From the IMG/VR virus record IMGVR_UViG_3300020577_007160, positions 1 through 64,000 of that record: DNA of 64,000 nt; one strand, given 5' to 3'. The notes under the pieces are model-generated. The model worked only from the letters and a program-made list of their open reading frames with translations, had not been told where the DNA came from and searched no databases. Origin of the DNA: a virus. Its lineage: Duplodnaviria > Caudoviricetes. The first letter of the stretch is position 1; each line of letters starts with the position of its first letter. Both the position numbers and the translations under genes were made by a program. Positions 26,146-39,416 of the stretch are shown here, one piece after another.

Positions 26146-27522
26146 ATTATTGTACTTTAAAATTATGTTGTAAGATTTTCATTTTTTATGATAGCTAAGA
26201 AAATAATATTCTGTGTTATTAGAACAATCAAATGTCCAGATGCACAGCACAGGTTATAGCAGTTTGATTATTTTCAAATTTTTCAGTATCAGCAGCTACT
26301 AAGAGTATTCGGTCTTTCCCAGAATGTTTATATATTGGATATTTATCTAAACCATACGTAACATTTTCACAGAGGTAATCAAACCATTCCTGAACTGTTT
26401 TGAGTTTTGATTCAACAGGGGAATATCCCAATCCCAATGCAATAATACTACTTCCATCTACTGGTGGTAATAGAACTAATTCCGTCGGGTACAGATCACA
26501 GAAATCAAATACTAAGGGCTTAGAACCACCATCAGCTTCAATAACTAAATTAAGAAATGAAATCAGATCTCCCAGACTAAAATTAGTTAAAGATTTAAAA
26601 TTTTTTAAATTTTTATCTAATTCCCATCGTGATAACAAAACACTTTCTGCTAGATCTTTGACAAACGAAGATTCAGAGGTATAAACAGTCTTGAGAATGT
26701 CTTCTGGTAAATTAAAAAGAAACAATTCAAGATTGAATCTTGGAGTATCCATAAAATAAGGATCTAATAGTTGTGAAACACATTTCTATGCCCATCCGAA
26801 TTCCTGAATCAATAAACATTCCATTTGGATATTTTACATGTAATTCTCCACCATTTGAAAATGAGTCAAAATCTTCATACAGAGAAACAAGAGAATCTAT
26901 AATATTTTTTATTAAAATCTCTTTTGATTCATTATTATTTTTGATCTCCTCACCATCATCAGGTTCAAAATAATTTATAATAGCATTTCTTGCCCGAAAA
27001 CCTTCTATGTCATTTTGATAAATGATTTGTTTATTCCCAGATTTACTGAGAAGTAATTTAAAAAATTTTGATAAATCCTCAGGTGAATTTACTCTCAGGA
27101 TAGGAGCAAGATATTCTGAAATGTCAAACAATAATTTTTTAGAATCTGATTGTTGAAAATCTTTACTAGAATTCTTAAGATGATATCCTGAATAAATGAC
27201 TTCAGTAGTATATTTCACGCTTTCATTATCATGTTTAGTGAAAGATTTATCGGGTTTATCGCTTGGTTCAAAATCAGTAGTTAACAACAGGGATATTGAA
27301 TTGATACTAATAGGAGTTCTTTCATAAGAATAAAAAGCATCAATATCAAAACATAAATCTACGAAATTACGAGAATGTGTTAATGTGTCATTGGAAATAT
27401 AAATAACAGAATCCGTATTACAACCACAATACGTATAATTAATAAAATAATGATAACGAGTCATAGAATAACCTAGGAGTATAAAAGAATTAGATACCAA
27501 ATAGAACGTTTTCAATAAAACA

Positions 27523-27556
27523 AAATCCTTACTCTGCAAAAAGAGAGTAAGGATTT
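27523..27556 (-). terminator. Intrinsic terminator closing cassette 1
   Basis: AAATCCTTACTCT...AGAGTAAGGATTT; abuts promoter at 27503. Confidence 0.8.
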
Positions 27557-27575
27557 AAACTGACTCAGATTTTAA

Positions 27576-27926
27576 TTATCTTATTTTTCTAGACCAAATC
27601 TTATAGGAACGCAATGCTCCTGTTCTATATTTTGACAACTCATGCATATAGGTCTTTATTAATTTGGTACTCAAATGCTCATAAGGATCTTCAATATCAA
27701 AAAACTCTATTGCTCTTCTAGCTGCTGTTTCCCCGACAGTTCTTGTTTTCTCTACCTCTAAGATAAATCTCCCAAGTACTGCTTTAAATGGGATATCACT
27801 ACCAACTATCTCATCCCCCATAACATAACCTTCTTCATCATGGAGACCTTCAGTTAAAGAAGAAACACCAATAGTTTCCTCAAGTCGTTCGATCCTTCTC
27901 TCTAGGGAAGATTTTGAATGATTCAT
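27576..27926 (-). CDS. Leader-family protein 1 (putative head-packaged internal protein)
   Basis: N-terminus MNHSKSSLERRIERLEETIGVSSLTE; AGTTATAT element at 27961-27968; terminator 27523-27556. Confidence 0.6.
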   Translation of the reverse strand: MNHSKSSLERRIERLEETIGVSSLTEGLHDEEGYVMGDEIVGSDIPFKAVLGRFILEVEKTRTVGETAARRAIEFFDIEDPYEHLSTKLIKTYMHELSKYRTGALRSYKIWSRKIR

Positions 27927-28372
27927 AATTTTCTTAAAATTAAGTTAAACAAGTATTGTAATATAACTCCGACTATTAATCTTTACTCAAATAATCTAAT
28001 CCGAACTCAATAACAGAAAGAATAAATCCCAAAGATTTTCCCCATACACACAATGAATATATTTGTTGCTTGCTGCATTCTACTACCCCTCAAATAACAA
28101 TATAAGGAATTGATCGAGTTTTTCAGGCGACTGGAAGGATTGCACAGGCAACCATTCGTAAGTGGTTTTAGGGACTTTAGCATAAATTATTACCCCATCT
28201 ATCTCATCCTCCTCTGGAGTATCATCCTCTAGGTCGGCATAGAGGAATGTGCCTATTGCTGTGTTCCTGACGTACAAACCATTGTCAAAATCAATAAAAT
28301 GCTTTTGTAATACTTCATCAAATGTCATTTCTTTCTCCATAAATCGAAATTTAAAACATCATTATTTTAAAA

Positions 28373-28798
28373 TCAATCTTTAGCTAAATTTTTCATCCAA
28401 AGTGCCAATGGTTCATGAATACCCCTGCAGGGTATGATATCTTTGATTTCATTTTCATAATTACCAACATAACCATAGTATCCTGCAACGGGAATATTTT
28501 CTTTTGAAAACCTAATATTGCATAACATCCCAGACTTCTGGGACTCCTCTTGTCTCCTCCATGAGAAGTCTATTGAACCGCTACAAACCGGATCTATGTA
28601 CGGGGTACTTATCTCAACACCATAATTAGCATACACGTATTCTGCATATGAAATAAGAAACTTTATTGCTATTTCCCAGAGTTCCCTAGAAATAGTATGT
28701 GCTCCCTCTTGATCCCAATCAAACTCTAAATCATAGATATATCTAGAATTTTCTATCTCCTTATGAAGAGACTCATAAAGTGCATTCTTGATAGTCAT
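28373..28798 (-). CDS. Hypothetical protein, paralogue family F
   Basis: LEFDWDQEGA...AIKFL...PYIDPVCSGSIDFSW. Confidence 0.65.
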   Translation of the reverse strand: MTIKNALYESLHKEIENSRYIYDLEFDWDQEGAHTISRELWEIAIKFLISYAEYVYANYGVEISTPYIDPVCSGSIDFSWRRQEESQKSGMLCNIRFSKENIPVAGYYGYVGNYENEIKDIIPCRGIHEPLALWMKNLAKD

Positions 28799-30728
28799 TA
28801 TTTATTCCCAACAAAATAATAAATGATAACTTGAATAGAACAAAACAAGAGAAATGTTATAGAAAACCATATCAAGAATCCTACGATATTAGAATTTTGA
28901 ATTATTCTCACGGATTTTCTCCCGAATTGCAATTGGAAAAACAACAGCATACGCAGAAACAATCACAATGGCTACAATGTCCCCACTAGTATAATTGAAA
29001 ACATCCATATGAGAGAACAATCCATCCTGAATTGATCCCTTCAGAGAACACATTATCAAAAATGCAAGAAGGAAATAGAATAAGTATTTTAGATTTTTCA
29101 TAAAATTGACAGGATTTTAATAGGATTTTACTACTCTATTATCTAGATAATAGAGTCATTGGAATCAATAGTTTTAACTTTATAGAAAACCCTATTGATA
29201 TTATAAATATCTTCTTCTGAATCATCATCGAAATGAACTGTGAATCGTGGAATATTATCATAAGAAGTATCTTTAATGGACGTAACAGTAGGCGAATGAG
29301 AATATTCTTTAGCACACCCAACAATCAATCGAGTAACTTCCTCACCATGAACGGAAGCAAACCAGTTAAAATGAATTTCTGAGATGATTTTCATTGATTT
29401 CAGTAAAAATTTTATAAAACCCTAGGGATTTTCGCTATAATTGAGTCAAACGACTCAGAAGAACAATGCATTTCAGCTCGAACAAGAAGGATCATAATAT
29501 GAGAATTATACTCAGTATAAATTGTTCTCATATCTGTAACATCCTTAATTGTCAGGCAATACTCTGTTTCTTTTGATAATTTAAAAATTTTAAACTGATA
29601 CTTTGATGCTTTGGCATCATACTTCTCAAACACATTAGGAACTGAACGATCTGACCAGATTAACATTATTTTCAATTAAAAGTTTATTAGATGCTCCTAG
29701 CAAAACCCTATCAACGAGGTTATAATCTTATGATTAACAATGACATAAAAACATTATAATTCTATTATTAATGAGAACTTAGATTGTGAAGTCATATAGA
29801 TTTCACTTTTGGCTTAGACCTATCATGTTGAGCATAAAACTTCTCAGCAAATAATCTTGCTTCTGAAATTGAAACATGATCTGTTCGAGAACCACTAGAT
29901 TGATAATCCAACAATGGATCCAATTTCATAATTAATAAATCTACTGAGGATTCAGACCTAACATTCATAGAATAAAGATACTTACTACTCTTCGCAGAAA
30001 TACGAGTCGTGGAATGAACTTCCCAATTGAGACCTAAACTACTATGATTCATAATTGTAATAATGATTTGAACAATGCCTGTTCATTTTTGAGGGGAAGT
30101 TTATATTGAGAATGAGATGCTAGTAACCGCTTGTCTGACAACATAAGCCACTTATATGTAACAACATAGAACTCAGACTTATCATTAGGACTGTATTCAA
30201 TAAACACGCAGGTACTGGGATCAAGATTTTTATTCTGAATGACGTACGTAGCTATCTCATTAGCACAATCAGTAACAGATCTACCAGTGTTCCCAGTGAC
30301 CTCTTGAAACACAACATAATTCCTTGAATTATAAGGAATTACTGCATAAGAAAACTTACAGAAAACCCCAATAAAAACCTTCATATTTACTGTTTTAAAC
30401 ATTTGCGCTATAACTATTTGAATTATTAAATGGTTATTTATTCTAGGAAAAGGTTTTCTTTAAAGGAGGTTACCCTGTAAAATATAAGCCTCATTTGAGG
30501 AAACGATAACGATTCTGTTTCCTTAATCTTAAGGCGAGTGACGTAGAAACATAATCTTTTAAAAAACTAACAAAGAAAATCTCACAGGTCTCAGAACGTT
30601 GAAGGGACTCTTCTAATTGAGAAACTCTCTTCAATATTTTTTGTTCTATTTCCTCATTAGGATAACAAACCTTACAATGATCATCGCACTGCTCTTTTAT
30701 CTCAGCTATTTCTGAGATCACGCCTTTT

Positions 30729-32033
30729 CTAATATTCATAAGTATAATAATCAGGAATTGGAGTAACTACGTAATACGTAGTATCAATATTGGATATATT
30801 GAAATCTTCATTGAAGGTAGTTTCCTTTGCGGATTGAAAACTTCGGAATATATTCTGAATTCCTTCAGGAAACTGGAGGATATCTACGTAAAAGAAGTCT
30901 GAATTAAATGTAAGAATTACTTTTTGTAAAAGATCTTCATAGGAAAATACTTGAAAAGGAATATAAGATGGTAAGGAATACTCGTATTCAGTATGAAGAT
31001 TTCTTGTATAAAAATAGGGATTATCAGTATCAAATACCACGGTAAGACTATTGACTCCAGAATCATACTGAAGTGCTAGGGAAGAACTCTTGAAAGAACA
31101 CGTTGTTATGCTTTTCATTTGAAATTACCATATTTTATAAGGTATTGTAGACACTGTAGTAGGATTGACAAAATACTTCTCGAGAGTCGGTATGGTAGTT
31201 ACTGTTGGCTTCATCCAGACTAAGATATTTGGAAATCGAACAGGAACATTTTTAGCAGAAGACCTGTACTCATGGAGAAAACATAAAAAAGCAATAGGGA
31301 AATAAAAAATATTACGAAGAGTCAGCTTGTAATCTAATTCGGAAAGTAAATACTGAGGTTTGAGAACCGACTCATTACGAAATATAGTTACTTTTTTATA
31401 GAAATGACGACGGTAATAACAATACTCTACTATCATGATTTATCTTTCTTGAACGTGGAATTAAGAATAACATCAGGGTCAATTTCTGTACCTGTCAATT
31501 CAGGGTTCTGATCCTCGTAGAGGAGATTGAATCTTTCGAGTTCAACTTCATTTCGTGGGAAAAGAAAACCCGTGGAACAGAGCCACTCAGTTATTTTGTT
31601 GGCTATTTTGTTGGGTTCAATCATAATAATCATAGGGTTTTGATGGGAGTCTTGGACTATAAATCACAGGATGCTCCGCTATTCGCCGACTTCTACTCTC
31701 TTTTCCCTCCTGGAATTGTTGAAATAAATCTTGGAGTTCCTTTGGGAACTGTTCCAGTGGAACTCTGAGAATCCATTTTCCAGAAAGAGATGACTCCGAA
31801 TCAGGTTCCAAGAGGAGATTAGATCCTGACGTACCAAGAAAAGAAAATGGTAAGGGTGATGGAATTGAAAAGAAAGCATGACTCAGCTTTCCAGAAACAA
31901 GGGAAAACCGATAAGGATTATTGGGCTTGAAATGGAAGAACGCATCTGCGTAAAAATGATAATCGTATTGAACTCTTAAAAATTCACTGTCATAAATCTT
32001 TGTAGGGGAAAAAATCTGAGCATCTTTTATCAT
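30729..32033 (-). CDS. Paralogue pair (30729..31118, 31617..32033), family G, separated by two small genes
   Basis: NPYFY..YSLPSYIPF..QFPEGIQNIFRSFQSAKE vs NPYRF..FSIPSPLPF..QFPKELQDLFQQFQEGKE. Confidence 0.7.
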
Positions 32034-33551
32034 GATGGGTAGAAGAATATCTGAAAATTATTAGTATGATAATGAAGAACGAAGAGGAATCTATAAAATG
32101 AATTGAAAGTAGAGTATCGGGGATATTGTATTTGATGGATAGAATGAGTACTATGAATCGAAAAGACGGAAAAGGTGGAATTGGGTGAGAAATTAAGTTT
32201 TGACGTGTAATGGAGATTTAAGACTGACTTCTTGATTTTATTGAAAACTGAAGAGGTGATGCCTTCTTCTGCTCTGGTATTGGGTAATTATATTCGACGT
32301 CATGAAGAGAATAATACTGAGAACAGGTCTCGCACTCTACGTTGCGATTTACGCACTCTTTGTACCAGAAGGAATGACAGGATTTCTGAGAATAACGACG
32401 TTGAAGGGACTCTTCATATTCTGACAAAGATAATTTCTGAGTTTTCTGAAGGTACTCTTCCTCAGAAATATTGAGAGACTCTGCGAGGCGAGAAACAATA
32501 AGAAACTCTTTATTGAAATACTCTTGAAATGTCATTGTGGGATTTTTTATGAAATTTATTGGAATTATGCTATGCCCTATAAAACGTAGAATAATGAGTA
32601 ATTGTTAGGGATTGTAACCACAACTCTTCATAAATTTTGCTCGTTGCATGAGGTGAAAGACTTCAAGAACCCTGTGGGGATTGACGGTGAAATATCGCTG
32701 ACTTCCAATCTGCCGAAGAAGAACTTTTCCGGCTTTGGTTATTTTTACTACTTCATAAGTACAATGCTTTGTCATGGGGGAAAGATACTTATGAAACGGT
32801 GCATAATCTATGATTGTAGACATCTGACGTAAAATACAACGGTATTCGGCAGGGTTGATGCAAGAATTGAATTTATATAAATTCAATTGATCGTCGGAGT
32901 CTAAGAAATAAGGAACACCTGCGGAAATCAGAAAATTAATCAGCTTCTTAGCTGAAGAAAAAGATTTGTTGGGTAAGTAACAAACACTCGTTACGTGCCT
33001 TTTACTGGAGGATCTATGTACTCGAAAATGATGAACCGTGGTATTGGTGTCCAAATTAGTAATTGGAGAATGGTCAAGACGGCAAAACTTTGATAAACAT
33101 GTCAGCAAAGAATCAAAATCATAACCAGACGGAGCTATAAACTTTGATGCAAAAACATCAATTGCAGTCTCAAGTTTCTGTTCCTGGAGTTTCTCGAGTT
33201 CAAGATTACTCATTGATAATATCCGTATAATATGGGAAATACTTATTTACTAACTTGAAATTCGAAAGATTTGGATTGTACCAGATCAAGCGTTGATCCG
33301 CAGACATCTGGTCAAGAAGGCACTTAGGGTGATCAACATAACTGAAAATATAAACGTTTCCCTGCTCAAGAATCGCGTTGATTGATATACTAGGATTAGT
33401 ACTACCAGAAAGATTATGAAATTTTATTCTTCTGCTAGAATCTAATTTCGATAATACTTTTATTAATTGATAGATTCTCATTAGATCTGGAAACGTGAGT
33501 AACTTGATTGTGACGGGTAGAACGTTTCTTGGAACATAAGATAAAAACAAA

Positions 33552-33655
33552 GGGACACCCTACGGAAAAGGTGTCCCCATGAAGCAAAAACACATGGAAA
33601 CTAGATCACCTAAAAGGGCATGATCTAGTCACCGCTGCAGGATGATGGATACGTA
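33552..33655 (-). ncRNA. Candidate small structured RNA with two hairpins
   Basis: Promoter-variant ACGTTA at ~33660-33665 (minus). Hairpin ACTAGATCA 33600-33608 / TGATCTAGT 33621-33629, then terminator GGGACACC 33552-33559 / GGTGTCCC 33570-33577 plus T-tract. Only tiny ORFs. Confidence 0.35.
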
Positions 33656-34780
33656 TGAGTAACGTAGAGATTATACTGCCTCTCTGCAGTTAGCAGTTTC
33701 CTTAGGGCTGTTGAAACAACAGGGTAAAAAACTTGTCGAGTTCTTCATTTCAATTCCACATTGGTACGATTGAGGTATATGAACTATTGCACCATAACAG
33801 GAATATGTACATCGGTAATAAAACGGAGATACTTTATTCTTCTTCGAAACCGTAGTGATATGCTTATGAATTACTGCATTGAATTCATCATCTTTATTAA
33901 TGGGAATTAGATTATTCATGATTACCATTTTCCTATAATTGTTTCAAAATCTTTCTGAATACTTTTAGTATTGATACTGAACGCTTCCTCGTCAGTAAGA
34001 ACTCGGATTGGAGGATCAAAATAAGTAAAAGGATTCTTCAGAAAATCTAAGAAATCAAGAATCCAGTTTATTCCGGAATCAGGTCTCTGATATTGGTTCT
34101 GATGAATTGAATTCTTGAAGTTCATCGAGTAACTTTCTCATAGGATAAATTATGGTATCTAATAAAGATACCAACATAGAATATTCTTGTTGTGAACAAT
34201 GAAGAAAATCATAAGAATTTAAAACATGTCCTACTAAGTCATCATGATTTGACTTCAATGTATCATAAACATCAGAAAGAATAGACCTATCAATAATCAT
34301 TATGACTGGGTAGTTTCATACGAAAATAATGTACCATTGAAACGTCGCATTTCATAGGCAAGATCCTTCATAAGATCTAATATTTCTTTTAACTTATCAA
34401 CGTCTTGAATCGGGTCAGCCGTCATAACGAACTGAGCAACTCTGAGATAATTAACTTCCAGATTCTCCGCAGAACTTTGAAGTATTTCTTTGATTTTATC
34501 CATGATAACTATTAAATTTAATAATGAAGAAAATTATAAATATTTAAGAGGCATTCCTTCTAATAGGTCTTCTATTTGCTGGCGATAAGCATTGATTTTT
34601 TCAATGCACTCCTGCTCTTTTTTAACATGAATATCGGAAAGAGTTCCAACATCTAAAATACCATCTAATTCTAGAGAATATTTCGAATAGGAAGAACGTG
34701 TTACATTTAATAACTTTAATTGAAAATTTAAAGATTCTGTTATCTGGAGAGCACGATTAATAAGTACTTCCTTTTGTACG

Positions 34781-35533
34781 TCATTCATTGGTGGGACTTA
34801 TTATTGAAGAAAGATTTAATTGTGGAAAAATAGATTTTACCCAAGATTGAAATTCATCCGGATTCTTTGAAATTCGTTCCTTAAATAAAATCGGAGAAAA
34901 GAAATCATTCTGATCCCAATAAGGTGTTGAATGAACTACAATAGATATTCTTAATGTATTTAACAAATTCATTATTTTGGTTATGAAGGAAAACGTAGAA
35001 TCAGTAACAACTTCTCTAACTTTTCCAATATAAGGTTCTGATAATGAATACCACTCATAACCAGTTGAAAATTGACTTGCGCCCTGGATGCTACTCTCTA
35101 TAAAACCTTCTTCTGATAAGTCCCTCAAATACTTTTCAATTTTATCAGAATTGACTCCATAATGACCTTTACTATAAATGATTTCATTATGAAATTCCTT
35201 TTGCTTAAAGGCGAAGAATAAATCTAAAATGAACATGTATTGAATTATATCTCTTTTAGAAAGAGAGAACGCTCGTGAACATTCTAATATCGCAAGTATT
35301 AGAACTGCTGAATAAATATCCTTGAATGGTAAGCAACGTAATTTCTCGATAAGGGACTCAGGACACGAAACTGAATACTCTCCAGATTGGTGAATGTCAA
35401 GTATAGTATTACGAGGATTTGATATATCGAAATTGCTACGTGTGGACTCTATGTAATGTTCTGGAGAGTCGGTCTCAACATACTGGTATTCTCGGAACTT
35501 AACAATAACTTCTCTTTCTATTAAATACTTCAT
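34781..35533 (-). CDS. Protein with SocA/Panacea (DUF4065)-like C-terminal domain
   Basis: LSKRDIIQYMFILD...YSKGHYGVNSDKIEKYL...VHSTPYW resembles the KLxKLLYxxD / YGP / H.xxPW pattern, with divergences. Confidence 0.45.
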   Translation of the reverse strand: MKYLIEREVIVKFREYQYVETDSPEHYIESTRSNFDISNPRNTILDIHQSGEYSVSCPESLIEKLRCLPFKDIYSAVLILAILECSRAFSLSKRDIIQYMFILDLFFAFKQKEFHNEIIYSKGHYGVNSDKIEKYLRDLSEEGFIESSIQGASQFSTGYEWYSLSEPYIGKVREVVTDSTFSFITKIMNLLNTLRISIVVHSTPYWDQNDFFSPILFKERISKNPDEFQSWVKSIFPQLNLSSIISPTNE

Positions 35534-36624
35534 ATAATCAATTTGATTTAGTTAAATCAATCTTTATTATTTTTGAATAACTAGCATTGACTTTCTCAAG
35601 TTTTATCTTGATATTTTTCCCAAGACTCTCCGGCAAAGGATTGTTGGTAGGGTAAATGTTATCCTGCCTCTTTGTTCCTCTGGGATTTAGAATAACCTTA
35701 TTCATGATATATCGATTCCTTTAATTTGTCCTTTTTTGGCATTCCATTTTCTATTGTAGATTACAATAAAATAACTGATTGCAATAATGTCAAAAATTAC
35801 TAATCCAATAAAAATCATTAGATACATAATCATGATAATCCCTCAAAAGGAAGGATCAAAGTTAATATTGATTTTTTCAAGTTCCTTATATAAGGCTATC
35901 CTCATATCTCTGAGATATCCCTTATTTAATTTAAAGGATTTAAATATTCCATCGAAAAGTTGAATATTCTCAGATGGAAGAAACTGATCATTTAAATCAT
36001 TTTTCAATTCTAAAATTGAATTTAAATGATCATCAATTGATCGTAATTTACAATAATTCTCTATGAGAATCATGACGTCTTCGCCGCTTTGAGGATCTTT
36101 GGTCATTATTTCCTACCTTTCAATCCAGATTCTATTCTGGATTCTATTCTTTTAAAATCATTCCAAGAATCAAAAATTGATCCTCTCTCCTCCATATTCA
36201 ACGCACTCAAATTAGAGTCAAAATTGTCTCCAGTCAATTCGTCAAGAATTGATGTTATCTTTTGAATCTCTATCAATAAGGATTCTGCAGTCATGATTTT
36301 CCTTAAAAATTTAATTTAACAGTCTGAAATGAAGAACGTTGAAAAACTGATAAAATCTAATTGTTTCTAGGAACAGGAGTTACGTCGTACTCGTTGCAAA
36401 GAATCTCACCTGCTGTTGACTGGGTATGATAATGAAATATCCACGTGCCTTTTCTGAAGATTATCTTATCATAAGGAATAGAGTCATCATAATAATTATC
36501 TAGAGATATCAAAAGAAACTCAACATCAGAATCTGGGAATTGCTTGGTCTCCACTAAAGTATGAACAATGCTCAAATAATAAGGCAAGGATTGGTACACC
36601 ATATCAAGACGTTCTTGAAAAGAT

Positions 36625-36993
36625 TTAATCATTCAAATTTCTCTTCATATAATTTTGAAGAATTAACATATTAAAAATAATAGTATCTTGAGTATGGATA
36701 TCTGATATACTTTCTTTTCCTGTGAATCCATGCTGATTGTATTCTCCTGCGTAATTCATTTCTCCAGTAGGAGAAAAACTTATTGAAAATATATCTCTGC
36801 TATTAGGAACTTCAGGATATGGCCACGTAAAATTTAAATCTCCGTCAGGATCTATTGAAATTTCAGGGTTCATTACTTCATCTGGTAAATTCTTTAAAAA
36901 GAACTTTGCATGATTTAAAGACTCTGAATTGACAACGAGACCTTCACTCTTTGCTTCATCCGAAACTTTGAGTAACTCTTTCTCAATATTCAT
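36625..36993 (-). CDS. Hypothetical protein, paralogue family F
   Basis: SLNHAKFFL...PEISIDPDGDLNFTW. Confidence 0.6.
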   Translation of the reverse strand: MNIEKELLKVSDEAKSEGLVVNSESLNHAKFFLKNLPDEVMNPEISIDPDGDLNFTWPYPEVPNSRDIFSISFSPTGEMNYAGEYNQHGFTGKESISDIHTQDTIIFNMLILQNYMKRNLND

Positions 36994-37060
36994 AATTATT
37001 TTAAAATGAAATCAACAACGTAGAAACAATAAAGGAAAGAACGCAATACCCAAAATAAAA

Positions 37061-37084
37061 TGGCACTAAAGAAACTTAGTGCCA
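37061..37084 (-). terminator. Intrinsic terminator
   Basis: TGGCACTAA-AGAAAC-TTAGTGCCA; abuts promoter at 37038. Confidence 0.75.
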
Positions 37085-38236
37085 GAAGAATGTTTTAGGT
37101 CTTAATTTTGTTATAAAGAAACAAAAGGCGATCGAATGATCGCAACGCTACCACAACCAGGGCAAACATGCTTATAGGCTTCCCCTTGTGGTATAACCAT
37201 GTACGTTGGAGGTTTGTGTGCTGGGTGTTGACAGATTTGAACCTGCTTGATTTTAAAGAATCCACTCTTTTCAGAATGGTTCAGAAATTGAGTATAAGAA
37301 TTGAGTGTATTCATAAAATCCTCGAAACCTAATAAAATTAAAGGGAATCAATGAGTTGAACAATATCTGCTCCGTCTTCAATACCTAATCCTAGTAATAT
37401 CTGAACTTGACTGTTATGGGCTGAGTCTCCGTTTTCAACATTGGTAGAAAGATTACCGAATAATGAAATTCTAAAATCTAACTCTTGTAGGGAAGATACC
37501 GTAGAGACTGTTCCATCTTCATGAATAACCGAAAAATATTTCATATTGGAAACAATTCGAGAAGGTTTCTTCAACTGTTTTCTCAACTTGTTATTTTCAT
37601 GTTTTACTGCATGAAACTTACCTCTCCAAAATTCTTCTTGTTCCTTTAGTCTTTTTGTTTTCTTTTCATATTCTAAATGTTTTCTCGTAAGAAGAGACTG
37701 CAATTCTGAAATTTGATTAGATTGCCTAGTTAAACTCTCTGTCAATAATTTACTAATTATTGTTGTTGAGGATTCTTCCATAGTAAATATTATAAAGGTG
37801 CATCAAACATAAATTTAATAAACTCTTCAAATTCTAATAACTTAATATAAGATAAATTCTTTTCATAAAAGAAAAAATCTAATCTCTGATAATTCAAAAA
37901 ACTCTTTGGCAATATTTTGACATTACATCTTCCATCTGCATAGATATAAAAGAAAACAGTATAATACTGATCATTAGAATTAGTAAACCCTTTTGAATAC
38001 TCTTCTCGAAAAGGAAGTAAGTCATTGGAACTTAATTCACTTTTCTTGTAATGGTGAGATTCTAAAAAGTCTTTTAACATTGAGAAGATTACACTTCTGT
38101 ATAAATTTTATTTCTATTTTCATACTAAAATATCTTTGTATAAAAACAATATTCAAGTTTTAACAAAATTTATTATCATAATATCATCTTCTATTTTAGA
38201 ATCTTTATCTATATAAAACAAAATATTTATAGTATC

Positions 38237-38268
38237 ATTAGGGCTTGATTGCGTAACCAAGCCCTAAT
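38237..38268 (-). terminator. Intrinsic terminator
   Basis: ATTAGGGCTTG...CAAGCCCTAAT. Confidence 0.7.
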
Positions 38269-39416
38269 ATTTAGATTTAAACAAGACAAGAAATAGTTTT
38301 TCTTGTTTTCTGAACAGTGTAGGACTGACTCGGAATTTCATGAATTTTATGTAAAACTCGTAAAAAATTCATGATAGAATTTCCTAGATCTTCTGCTGAT
38401 TCTGCAGCAGCGTCTAAGGCATCAATTTCTTCTACAGTATAACCCGTAGAAGTAATTTGATTGGTCGCAAGAGTTTCAAAATCTTGCCCCACTACCTCTT
38501 CTGCGACATCAGGGTAAAACAAAGTCGCCCAATACGGAAAATCATTTTCCCACGTACATCCTGATTTATTATTATTGCGAACAGTTTTTATATTATTCGC
38601 ATCGGCAATAACTACTGCAGTAGGACAACTGCAGGGATAACCTTTCTGAATTTTCTTATTCATTAGGTTACTTCTCAACGACTCAACGGTTCGTTGATAC
38701 ACATCAACACGATTCATAAAATACTCCGAATTAGAAAAATCAAACAACCTTATGAATCAGAACGTTCAAATAAAATTAAAATACTAATCACTCTTATCTT
38801 ATACCTTTTCATAACCTAACTTATATAGTTGAGAACCAACAAGACCACAATGAATTGAAATTTGCCTGTCTGCCCAAAATTCAAAATTTTTATGGATGGT
38901 TGGTAAAAAATCAAAAAGTTCTTCTGAATTGAGAAAATGTCGTTCAAAGAATATTGAACCTTCGATCTCTAGACTAACAGAATTCGGAGATACAATAGTT
39001 ATTTTTATAGTATAATCATACCCATAATAATTAAATCGTTTCAGCCAAGTATTCATAAGAATCAAACTAATTGTGGGTTATTGAGAGAATTGTCTCTGAG
39101 TATAGATAAAAAACAATCTTGTTCTAACTCAGAACATATTTGAGAAATAGAATTATTCTTTCTTGAAAGAATATGCTCGATAGTATATTGAAAACTTTGG
39201 CTATAAATAGTACTGCCAAGTAATATGGATAACTCACATTTTATCATCTGAAACTTTGGAGAAACAATATATCGTTTTTCTAATTTGCAGTCTCCGAGTC
39301 TCTTATCAAATTTTTCATAGACCTTAATAGTCTCAGTAGTATTTACTAAAGTAAATTGCTGTGATTCTAAATATTGTAAAAATTCTTTCAAAAACTTTTC
39401 AGATTCCATAATAACA

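Noticed and set aside
17667-31879. Nested same-strand ORFs 17667..17864, 24944..25162, 29139..29324 and 31679..31879
   Set aside because: Alternative frames within better-supported genes, with no motifs or RBS evidence.
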